Origin: Raja brachyura
Lineage: Eukaryota
Assembly (NCBI GenBank): GCA_963514005.1
Contig: OY740799.1
Location: 29,202,001 to 29,266,000 of the forward strand
Direction of reading: 5' to 3'
Length of the DNA stretch: 64,000 bases
Shown here: positions 37,560 through 48,100 of the stretch, piece by piece
How positions within the stretch are numbered: the stretch's first letter is position 1
Layout of the letters: the number at the start of each line of letters is the position of its first letter
Made by a program: the position numbers and the translations under genes
Notes under the pieces: generated by a model
What the model was told of the DNA's origin: nothing
Databases searched by the model: none
Seen by the model: the letters and a program-made list of their open reading frames with translations, nothing else

Positions 37560-38025
37560 GAGTCATAGAGTGAAACAGTGTGGAAAAAGGCCCTTCGACC
37601 CAACTTGCCTATACTGGCCAACATGTCCCAGCTACACTGGTACCACCTGCCTGTGTTTGGCCATATCCCTCCAAACCTGTCCTCTCCATGTACCTGTCTA
37701 ACTGTTCCATAAATGTTGAGATAGTCCCTGCCTCAACTACCTTCTCTGGCAGCTTGTTCCATACCCCCACCAACCTCTTTGTGAAAAAGTTACCCCTCAG
37801 ATTCCTATTAAATCTTTTCCCTTTCACTTTAAACCTTTGTCCTCTTGTCCTCGATTCACCTATATTGGGCAAGGGACTGTGCATCTACCCGATCTACTCC
37901 TCTCATGATTTTGTACACCTCTATCAGATCACCCCTCATTCTCCTGCACTCCAAGGAATAGAGTCCCAGCATACTCAATCTGTCCCTATAGTTCAGACCC
38001 TCTAGTCCTGGCAACATCCTCGTAA
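37560..38025 (-). mobile_element. CR1/HER1 LINE 3' end
   Basis: ORF 37609-37884 reads ESRTRGQRFKVKGKRFNRNLRGNFFTKRLVGVWNKLPEKVVEAGTISTF..QLDRYM. Confidence 0.92.
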
Positions 38026-38129
38026 AAGAAAGTATGGGAATGGAGTCACAGCGTTGGAAATGGGATCATGGGAAACCAGGCCTTGGTGAATGGAAGGAGA
38101 GAATGGGAAACCAGGAGCTCAGAGACCAG

Positions 38130-38260
38130 GATTAAAAATGTCTGTGAACACTCCTGCTACTTTGTCCGAGCAGTTGCTAAGGATGCAGCCAGGGCCTCTG
38201 TCTGGGCTAGCGGCTTTTCATGGGTTTACCCTCAGGAAGGCTGATCTAACTTCTGCAACA
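38130..38260 (-). mobile_element. Rex1/Babar RT N-terminal fragment
   Basis: - strand reads FLRVNP*KAASPDRGPGCILSNCSDKVAGVFTDIF, similar to the canonical VNPRKAAGPD...CA.QLAGVFTDIF. Confidence 0.7.
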
Positions 38261-38304
38261 GTGACCCTGGGAAAAGCCACACTCAAGTCTGACCAGATGG
38301 ATGT

Positions 38305-39365
38305 CATCACCCGGTTAGCCTTCTGCTCAAAACAAGTCTCCTCCATACCCCGCAACACTGCCCTCTCTCCCCATTTCCCCCACTCACAACAAGGGCAGAG
38401 TCCCCCTGGTCCTCACCTTTCACCCCACCAGCCGGCACATACAACAGATAGTCCTCCGCCAGTTTCACCACCTCCAACGTGACCCCTCCACTCGCCACAT
38501 CTTCCCATCTCCCCTCCTGTCTGCCTTCCGCAAAGACCGCTCCCTCCGCAACTCCCTTGTCAATTCTTCCCTTCCCTCCCGCTCCACCCCTTCCCCGGGC
38601 ACTTTCCCTTGCAACACTTGTCCCTTCACCTCCCCCATCCACTCCTTTCAGGGACCCAAGCAGTCCTTCCAAGTCCGACAGAGGTTCACCTGCACCTCCT
38701 CCAACCTCATCTACTGCATCCATTGCTCCAGATGCCAGTTGATCTATATCGGTAGGACCAAGCGGAGGCTGGGCGATCGTTTCGCCGAACACCTCCGCAC
38801 GGTCTGCAATAACCAGCCTGACCTCCCGGTGGCTCAGCACTTCAACTCCCCCTCCCATTCCGTGTCCGATCTCTAGGTCCTGGGCCTCCTCCACGGCCAG
38901 AGTGAGCAACACCGCAAGTTGGAGGAACAGCACCTCATATTCTGCTTGGGGAGTCTGCATCCTCTGGGCTTAAACATTGAATTTTCTCAATTCTGTTAAC
39001 CCTGGCTGCCTCCTCCCCTTCCCACCTCTCCCTCAGTCCTCGGGCCCTGGCATTCCTTCTCTCTCTATCTCTCCCCCACCCAAGTCGCACTAGCTTCTCA
39101 TTTTCACACTACAAACAGCTTACAATGGCCTGTTTCCTTTATCTTTGATACTTTTTTGCATATCTTTCATTCATTGTTCTTTATCTCTCCACATCACTGT
39201 CTATATCTCTCGTTTCCCTGATCCCTGACCAGTCTGAAGAAGGGACTCGACCCGAAACGTCACCTATCTCCTTCGCTCCTTAGATGCTGCTGCACCCGCT
39301 GAGTTTCTCCAGCTTTTGGTGTAACCCTCGATTCTCCAGCATCTGCAGTTCCTTCTTTAACACAA
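38305..39365 (+). mobile_element. Penelope-like element, 5'-truncated; GIY-YIG endonuclease pseudo-ORF and terminal repeat
   Basis: 38682-38990 translates RFTCTSSNLIYCIHCSRCQLIYIGRTKRRLGDRFAEHLR...PVAQHFNSPSH...*...RKLEEQHLIF.LGSLHP.GLN, with an in-frame TAG at about 38874. Confidence 0.92.
39234..39261 (+). ncRNA. Minimal type I hammerhead ribozyme-like core in the Penelope end
   Basis: CTGAAGA-A-GGG(ACTCGA)CCC-GAAA-CG-TC. Helix I is only 2 bp (GT/AC). Confidence 0.5.
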
Positions 39366-39597
39366 TAGAATGCATTAGGTTCATTAGGGAGTGCAAGAGA
39401 TGCTGCCTGTCTTTGCTTTCCAGCTAGTTATAGTATTCAGACTTTGCCACAGTGTGCAAGTGTCCAAATGATAATACTGAGACTCAAGTTTTGTCCCGGT
39501 ATAGTCTCTTGACATCCCTGATGGCCTTGCGAAGATTGTAGCAAACTATCTTATACCGTTCGGGAACGTAAGAATGCAGCAATCGTAGCTTTCAAAA

Positions 39598-39797
39598 TGT
39601 GTAGGAAGGAACTGCAGATGCTAGATAACACCAAAGATAGATACAAAATGCTGGAGTAATTCAACAGGACGAACAGCATCTCTGGAGACAAGGAATGGGT
39701 GACGTTTTGGGTCTTGACCCAAAACGTCACCCATTCCTTCTCTCCAGAGATGTTGCCTGTCCCGTTGAGATACTCCAGCATTTTGTGTCTATCTTCA
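39598..39797. mobile_element. Penelope-derived fold-back element
   Basis: Inverted arms of about 80 bp centred on GGGTCTTGACCC (about 39715). Confidence 0.85.
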
Positions 39798-41139
39798 GTC
39801 TTAGCTTTCACCTTAGTTTAGTCCTCTAACTACAAAGGCATAATTCCAGTAGCCTTTCTGATTATTTTCTATAGTCAGTCCATGATTTTTATTGGTCAAA
39901 GGCGCCTGAATCTCTTGGACAATCGCTGGTCTTGTTGTCCTTTGTACAGTCAAAATTGAAAATCTGGCATATACCCATTTATCACAGCTTTGACAATTTA
40001 TTTAATCTATTTCTCTCTTTCTATAATTCAATGCTTCCTTCAACACGGTTTACTCTACTGCCTCTCTTTGTACTAACTGTGAGCTTCTCAATGGCTTTCA
40101 ATCACATCATTTAACTTGTTCATAAATTATGATAAGTAATCACACCCTAACGTAGAGCCACGAGATATTAGCCGACCAATTTGAGTGCTTGCCCATTATG
40201 TTTATTCTGCCACTCAGCCATTTCTGAGCAGATATGCAATTTGCTTTTAATTCTATGAACTTTAATTAACACTGCTTTATGAATGATTTTATCAGGTGTC
40301 TTTTGGAAGCCTGTAAATTACACCCATTGATATTCCACTCTTTAATAGAAAATATTCAGACATGAGGCATGATCTTCCCCTTCATAATCCATGCTGGTCT
40401 ATAAAACGGGAATATTTTCAGTATACCATATTCATTTATTCGATCCATAAAATATTCAAGTACTTTTCATTAACAAAAAAATAATTTATCAATTATTCCA
40501 TGGTTTCTCTCCCTCATTTTTCTAAATGTAGAGTTGTATATACATGTCGCCAAAATAATTGCTGAATCATCACAAATTAGCAATGTTTATAGTTCAGTTA
40601 TTTGCAGTTCTGATCTTTGCAGTTTAAACGGATCAGCCATTTGTCAGTTCTGAGCCATATTTAACATTTTCTTTGTTTCCTTTCCTCACGTATCAGTAGA
40701 AGCCAATTGATGTAAATAAACGGATTCACTAGCGCTGTCTCATTCGCCTTGTCTTATTGAAGTCAGTAGAGCTCAAATCTAGAACCATAGCAACTGTACA
40801 AAATTTACCAACTGTACATTGAAAGTTGCTCTTTTAATGCACACAATTAGATTAATACCAGTAAATGGCAATCTACATCCTGGTAATTGCTCCTTTCTAA
40901 TGTTGCCTTTTTTATTGCCAGAGAGACATAATGTTGCTGAGACTACCCTGTACGTACTTAAAATCTCACTGCTTTTATGGCCCGAGCCAATTAGCTTATT
41001 CCCTAGCAAGGGAATAGTTTAAACTCACTTGTTTAGGTATGCGCATGTTAAATCTCTAATATTATGTTAGAAGGACAGAACGCTTCAGGAGATCCTTCTT
41101 CCCTGTGGCTATCAAACTTTACAACTCCTTCCCTTTCTG

Positions 41140-41315
41140 GGGGAGATGTGACACAGAGAAAAATCGCATTTTCGCCGAGGTAAGTGACTGGAAAAAGTCT
41201 CCCCCGATCCCCCACTCCCCATATAAAACATACCAAGAGACATTAAAACAGACATTTAAGACATACTTAAAATAATAAAAAACAGAGAATGGACAAGACA
41301 GACAGCTGGATGCAT
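41140..41315 (-). repeat. Second copy of the 16708 repeat family
   Basis: Reverse complement aligns by eye to 16735-16895. Confidence 0.7.
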
Positions 41316-41715
41316 ACCTGTGGGAGGCATAATTAAAGGACAGACTCTGGTTGGGATGAAACATAAACATTCCTAAGTTAAAAGGGCAAAATAGTCAACT
41401 CTTCATTTATTTGACTAAATGCTTAACACCAGCATGAATCATTTAAGCTAATCGGTTGTTTTGATTTGTTTACCATGGCAGCTAATCTAGCAATTAGTAG
41501 GAAGTTTGTTCTTTTCCATTTTAATTTGAATCATCTCCTGACAATCAAATGGTCAAGTATTTCTTGATTATTTACCAACTGGAAGGAAATAGCATAAATA
41601 ATATTTGTCATACATGAGTGTTTAAAATACCACAGGAATGCTCACAATGTTGTTGCAATTCCAAATCTGATTTATTTATCTGTACTGAAGTAGCTGATAG
41701 AAAATGGATGCTTAC

Positions 41716-41724
41716 CTAAAGTTT
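41716..41724 (-). other. Candidate 9-nt microexon (AAACTTTAG)
   Basis: - strand reads TTTCCTTTCAG|AAACTTTAG|GTAAGC. Splice signals only. Confidence 0.25.
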
Positions 41725-41796
41725 CTGAAAGGAAATGGTTTAGTGCAAAATTTATAAACAAAAACAAAATGTTTAAACAAATGCACAGCAGATCAG

Positions 41797-42008
41797 TCAG
41801 ACAGTAGACAATAGGTGCAGGAGTAGGCCATTTGGCCCTTCGAGCCAGCACCGCCATACAATGTGATCATGGCTGATCATCCCCAATCAGTACCCTGTTC
41901 CTGCCTTCTCCCCATATCCCCTGACTCCACTATTTTTAAGATGCCTATCTAGCTCTGTCTTAAAAGCATCCAGAGAACCTGCCTCCACCGCCCTCTGAGG
42001 CAGAGAAT
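41797..42008 (-). mobile_element. CR1/HER1 3' end
   Basis: AGACAATAGGTGCAGGAGTAGGCCATT.GGCCCTTCGAGCCAGCACCGCC. Near-identical to 45720. Confidence 0.88.
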
Positions 42009-43249
42009 CTGAGTCAGCATTTGAAACAAAAATAAAAGTGATTGTATGAATCCGTTTTTTGATATCTCAGGCTCCTCTGATGGAGGTTTCACTCTTTAGA
42101 TTTCAAACACCCACCTTTTGGCTGGAGTGATGCATTTTGACCAGATCCAGAAGGGAATTTTAATTAAATTTGGATTTGTTGGTGACAGTTTCTTTATCGT
42201 TTCCTGATGCAATGTTTACTGTCAAATGCAAGGCATAGAAATTCCTGCCCAACATTATATATGAGGCATTAACTGAATCCCTTTTTCTCTTGTAATTCCT
42301 TTTATGGATCAGGTATGTTAGCATTTATAATCTCAATACAGCAACTCATTCCGACAAACTTGAAACAATAATGTCAAACTCCAATGATTCTGCATAAGTT
42401 AACTTCTGTTACGTTTGGTTAATAATATAAAAACAAATGCCATTTTTTGCTTCTGTTGTATTTCAGCAATAATCTGGCTGATTTTGAAAATCAAAACACT
42501 GCAGAGGCTCTAAATCTGACATAAAACCAGAAAATGCTTAGGATATTCAGTAGATCACATAGCTACTGTGAAGACCAAAAGAGAAAAACGCAGATGCTGA
42601 AAATATGAAATAAAACAAAATACTGTGAATACCCATCAGTCAGGCAGCTTTTGGGTGAAGAGGAACAGGAGTTAAGGGTTCAGGTTGAACACTGTTAGAG
42701 CGGGGAAAGGGAAAAGTCAAGATAATTATGGTAAGTTGAAGACAGGAAGGGGGAAGCATGGAGAAGATAGAGAGAATATATTTGCTGCTAGAGTGAGGCC
42801 AAAGTTGTCATGGTGTCGCAACATAAGGCATTGTTGTTTCTGGGATCTTCCTGTGCACACTTTGGCAGCTTGATTTCCTACATTAAGACAGTAATAACAC
42901 ATCAAAAGGGATTTATTGGCTGTCAGATGCTTTGGGCTGTCCTGAAAGTGTGGAGCTAAAGTATTCAAGTCTGTCTTTGGAGTGTTGAAGGAGCTCAACA
43001 GGTCAGTCAGCATCTGTGGACAGAATGGACAGTTAATATTTTGGGTTCACCTCTGCACAATTATTTGCTCAAGTTTCCGGCATCTGCGGTTTATTTTGTT
43101 TCTGTCTTTACAAAGGTGCATTCCCAAGAATCACTGGTTTCACTGCATTATAGAACTAAGCATGCACAGCAAGGATTACAATTCGAAGCAGGAATCATCC
43201 ACTGACTCTGTCCATATACTTTTTAATGCACTAACATTCAACAACACCA

Positions 43250-43550
43250 GAAAATAGAAGCAGGAGAAGGCCACTTGACCCCTCAGCCTGCCCTGCCCTG
43301 CCATGTAGCATGATCATAGCTGATCTATGCTGGCTTTAATTCCTCTACTGTTTTAGAAACACATCACCCTCAATTTCTTTATCTTTCAAATAGATTATCT
43401 ATCTCCTACCCACATAACTCTCTGGGATAAAGAATTTCAGATTCACCACCCTCTGTGAGAATAAATTCCTCTGCATCTAATGACCATGCTTTTGCAACTA
43501 TGTTTCCCACTCAGGATTCAACCATTAATGGACACATCTCAACATTTCAG
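43250..43550 (-). mobile_element. Old CR1 3' end
   Basis: AAATAGAAGCAGGAGAAGGCCA...ATTCACCACCCTCTGTGAGA. Confidence 0.65.
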
Positions 43551-43714
43551 TCAATGACCTCAGTGTTCAGCCATTGACCTGAGAATAGCTCAGGTTAACC
43601 TCCTTGTTTGCTCTTACTGAGGAGAAGGTGCTTGGGAAGCTGAACGATGAAATTCTTAATTGCAGCAGCACAACAGGTTTGTAAACACAGTATTCAATAG
43701 ATACCGTAATAAGA

Positions 43715-43995
43715 GCACATAGGTTTATGGTGAAGGGGAAACGATTTAATAGGAATCTGAGGGGTAACGTTTTCACACAAAAGGGTGGTGGATGGATGGA
43801 ACAAGCAGCCAGAGGAGGTAGTTGAGGCGGAGACTATTTAAGAAGCAGTTAGATAGGTACATGGATAGGACAGGTTTGGAGGGATATGGACTAAATGCTG
43901 GCAGGTGGGACTACTGCTGGGACATGTTGGCTGGTGTGGGCAAAGTTGGGCCGAAGGGCCTGTTTCCACATTGTATCACTCTATGACTCTATGAC
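43715..43995 (+). mobile_element. CR1/HER1 3' end
   Basis: GGTGAAGGGGAAACGATTTAATAGGAATCTGAGGGGTAAC...GGGCCGAAGGGCCTGTTTCC...(CTATGACT)n. Confidence 0.88.
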
Positions 43996-44009
43996 AAACA
44001 AAAAAAAAT

Positions 44010-44385
44010 GAAGTTCAGTAAATTAAAAACATCTCAATATAGTGAAAAGCAAAACAAAGCCCAAAGTCCCCAGTGCAATCCAGACAGTTCATAGTTCGGA
44101 GGTCACAGCGTTTGTTAGCCTTATGGTTGCTAGTAAGAAACTGATCTTGAACCTGGATGTCATCGTTTTCAGACTTATAAACCTTCATCCTAATGGGTGA
44201 AATGAGAGCATGGCCAGAATGGTGCAGGTCATTGATGTTGCTGGCTGCCTTTTTCAGGCAGCTCATCTTATAGTTCCTCTTATAGTTCCCTTTAATGGTG
44301 GCGATGTCAGTCTCCGTGACAGACTGGGCAGTGTCTACCACTTTTTGTAATCTTATTCGAACCTAGGAGTTCGAGTTGCCTAATA
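44010..44385 (-). mobile_element. Rex1/Babar-type LINE 3' end
   Basis: ORF 44015-44341 reads VDTAQSVT...CLKKAASNINDLHHSGHALIS. Confidence 0.8.
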
Positions 44386-45719
44386 ATGCAAACTGAACTA
44401 ATGTCAATACTGAACGCCGAGAGTATTCATCAAGATACTGAATATTGATGAGGAAGTGTTGTTGCCAATTTGTATCGATTGTGTTCTGTTGATGAGGACG
44501 TAGAGTAGTAAACTATAGAATGTGGACATGGTACTGTTTTCATTATTTGAGTAGTGATTCTAATGTCTGTTTTTCTGTTTAGTAAGCTGTGTCACATGTA
44601 CAAATTGGTTTTCATGAAACAGCAGTAATTGGAGTACAATAGTAGTTTCAAAGTGCTGAAATGCATTTGGATATCTTGGCAAAATTAAACGTGTCATTAC
44701 AATGAAAACTTTTTACTATTAATGAAAAGTAACATTCAAATCATGATTAAAACATATTTGATGTGCTCAGGTCTAATAAAGGCTGATGTGTCTTCACTGG
44801 AGAATTGAACTCTCCCGGTTTGCTATGACTTTAATTTTCTGTATGCAATATAGCATGAAGATGACTAAATTACAAAATTTGTTTTTTTTATTGTGATTAT
44901 TGTGAGATAATGTTCTCGATTTCTATGGTAATTTCAATTTATCACATCTTTGTAAATCTGTTTTTTCTTCTATTGGTTTTGCTCAAAGTAATGTCTGCTT
45001 CTCTCGTAGTTTTCATGTGATTTCTGCTGCATCATATGTAGTAATTTTTAATTCCATGAATGGAAGCTTCATTTTAATTGTGAAGGGAAAGTTGAGGGAA
45101 AAGCCAAACATTTAGGGGCCAATGATCCAGCACATTATTCTTTAACTGAATTGACAGGTCTGTTTACATGAACTGTCTACTTTGATTTGCTTAGGTTTGA
45201 TTATCTCATCAGTCAGCTCTCCTGTTCCAACCTGTAAACATTGACTGTACCCTAGCCTGAACCGGGTCAGTAATCGCAAGAGGATCCCTGAAAGGGATTG
45301 TTGTGTGGCAATTTTTGGCCACAGCATGAATAATGAATGCATCCACTGTTGGGTAGGAGAGCTCTCAGTGGGGGACAGTGCAGAGTCCAAATTAATATTA
45401 ACTAGACTCTGGTATGTTGACATCCCATTTCAGGGTAGTTACGCAGATTCCATAATATGTCCAGTTCCATAGTTAAAGAGACAATTTAGCCCATTTCATC
45501 AATAAACAACCACAAAATAAGGTATTCGACTGGTCTATTTTACTGACAAAGGCATGATACCAAAGAGTGAGCCAACTGATGTCTTCAGTTATTTCATGAC
45601 CCAACACAGCAAAACCTTCAAGTTTGTCTCATGTAAACAAATATTTTGAATGCTAAAGGTCCAAGAATCCTGTGAATTCCATTTCAGGATAGCAATTGGT
45701 TCCCAGAGGTTTGTGCAGG

Positions 45720-45995
45720 AGGTGCAGGAGTAGGCCATTCAGCCCTTCGAGCCAGCACCGCCATTCAATATGATCATGGCTGATCATCCACAATCAGTAC
45801 CATGTTCCTGCCTTCTCCCCATATCCCTTGACTCCGCTATTTTTAAGAGCTCTATCTAACTCTCTCTTGAAAGCATCCAGAGAACCGGCCTCCACTACCC
45901 TCTGAACCAGAGACTTCCACAGACTCACAACTCTCTGAGTGAAAACGTATTTCCTCATCTACGTTCTAAATGGCTTACCCCTTATTCTTATTAAA
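45720..45995 (-). mobile_element. CR1/HER1 3' end
   Basis: Same family as 41797 and 63625. Confidence 0.88.
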
Positions 45996-46471
45996 CCCCT
46001 TACTAAGCGAGGCTGTTCAGTTTCACCTCTGGACAAAATCTTCCATATGTATTTCTCCTGATTAAACTGGAAGGCTTGTGAGGTGAGAAGATGTCACTTT
46101 TGCGACCCTGTGTGGGCTGCACAAACCTAGAATTATATGTGCCTTCGGAGCAGAGACTATTCTGCTGCTCCTTGTCAGTCCTCCCATGCATCATCAAGGG
46201 TGGAAGGGTGAGAACTATTAAGCCTGCATTTTGTTCGCACTGCATTGCAAAAATTGTTCCATGTCAGTGAGATTGCAGGTCCACAAGCGTGGGCCCAGGT
46301 GTGTATTAGAAATGAGGTAGAGGTGCTTTCCTGATCTTCTGACTTCCTGTGCTTTGGGGTTCTGCTCTAAACACTACTTGGGGGCGTTTGGTTTGGTTGG
46401 TGGGAAACAATGGAACAATGAGACTCATTCCATTGCAAATCTTAAACTTTGCAAATTGTGCCAGATATGCA

Positions 46472-46911
46472 TGTAAATTGCTTGTTTTAAGCTTACCCCC
46501 AGTCTAGTTTCAGTCAAAAACCATTGAATCAAGCACTTGAACAACTAATTTTTATTTTAACAAAACACAATTACGGTACCCACCACTGTACCTAACCACC
46601 AGGGGTTCGATCCTCGTATCTGCCTGTTCAAGCCCTCTAGGCTTTGCTCAAACAGAGACAGTCCACAAAGTCACACAGTCCCAAGCGCTCTCCCAGAAGA
46701 TCGATGCTGGACATCGTGGCAGCGGACTTTTATAGGTCCCGAGACCTCGAGGGGTCGAACCACATAGGGGTGGTCTCTGAACAATCCAATTACAGATATC
46801 GATTAACCCCATACATAACAGACATTTCCCTAACCCAATAATACAGCAGCTAATACATTGTATAAGAAAGAAAGCTCTCGAAGGAAGCAAATAAGAACAA
46901 GCATTTATACA
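46472..46911 (-). mobile_element. Solo LTR (ERV1- or Gypsy-like), 440 bp
   Basis: TG...CA ends with an inverted repeat of about 15 bp (TGTAAATTGCTTGTT, AACAAGCATTTATACA). TSD TGCA/TGCG. On the - strand, TATAAAA (about 46730) lies upstream of AATAAA (about 46553). Confidence 0.8.
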
Positions 46912-47394
46912 TGCGCCCTGAGAATCAAACAATTTCTCCAAGGCTCAACAGTTCGACCAATCATCAATTTGCAGGATGACCGTCTTGCAACATTATTTAT
47001 ACTATTTACAATGCTTTTGCAACGATCCAATAAAAATGATGCATTTAAGGTTAATTTGCAAAACTGCTATATGTGTTATCAATTTAAGAGAAACAGGGAG
47101 AACACTTGGACCTCTCACCATCCTGCACATCAGTTTGAGCTTAGACTGGCTGCCGCCAATCAAAGCCTGTAAAGTTCAGCTGACATGGGTTAAGCAATTC
47201 TGACAAGTGCAGGGATCCTTTATTTTATGGTGTCTTTAATTTAGCCAATATTAACATGGATAGGCTGGAGGAAACTTTGGAGTCCTGAAAGTAGCTTGAT
47301 TTTGAAGAGGACCATGATGTAATTATATCTATATTTTTCCATCTCTTCCATAACTTCTCCCCAAAGGCAATCTTTGGACTGTTTTATTAATTCA

Positions 47395-48100
47395 CATGAT
47401 GTGGGCATTGATGGCAAGGACACAATTCATTGCCCATTCAAAATGGACCTTGAGAAAGTGATTGTGTGCTGCCTGCTTAAACCATTGTGCTTTGCGCACT
47501 GCAAATGCTCTCATAACTCTTGTGCAGGAGTTCCACAATTTTGCTTCAGTGACATTGAAAAACCAACAATATATTTATTTTGGAGTGTGATTTAGAGAAA
47601 AGTTGCAGATGTGTCCTGCCCTCAAACTCCCCGCCACCTCTTTCCCCGCCACTAGACGATAGAATTTGGGTTTTGTCAGATCCTGCCAAAAAACGTTGGC
47701 TTGTTGTTGAACTGCTCCCAGTTGATGGTAAACACTGAAGGCAGGAGTTTGGTGGTAAAAAGAATGAATTTGTGAGTGGTGAGTGCAATAGCAACAAATG
47801 CATTGTTTTACTGTTGCATGCACTTGAAGTGTTGGTTATTTAAGCAGCTGGGGTTATTTAAGCCACTCATTGGTGGTTTGTAGGTGGTAAGCAGGATTTG
47901 GGACTTGGGAGGTGATGCACTCACTGTAGCATTCCAAGCCCTTGAGTTGCTATCTAAACTGCAATTTGAGTTTATTTAAACCCAATGAAGTTCATACTCA
48001 GCAGTGATCCACACAGAGCGTTGGTGAGGAATTTGGTGGTGAAAATGCTGCTGGGTGTTTTAAGGAAGTCGCTATATTATTTTACAGCTGTCCATTACCT
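47395..48100 (-). mobile_element. Old CR1/L2-group LINE remnant
   Basis: ATGTGGGCATTGATGGCAAGG...ATTCATTGCCCA...CCTTGAGAA.GTG is shared with 57390-57520. Confidence 0.55.

Noticed and set aside
38307-38960. Longest ORF in the window (217 aa, - strand)
   Set aside because: It is the antisense shadow of the Penelope GIY-YIG region.
41716-41724. Resemblance to the 9-nt mini-exon A of LAR-family receptor phosphatases
   Set aside because: The neighbouring Ig-domain exons and the 18-nt mini-exon are not visible in the window, so I assign no gene.
46003-46245. 80-aa - strand ORF behind an acceptor-like TTTTTGCAATGCAG
   Set aside because: No recognisable homology or supporting exons, and the length is compatible with chance.
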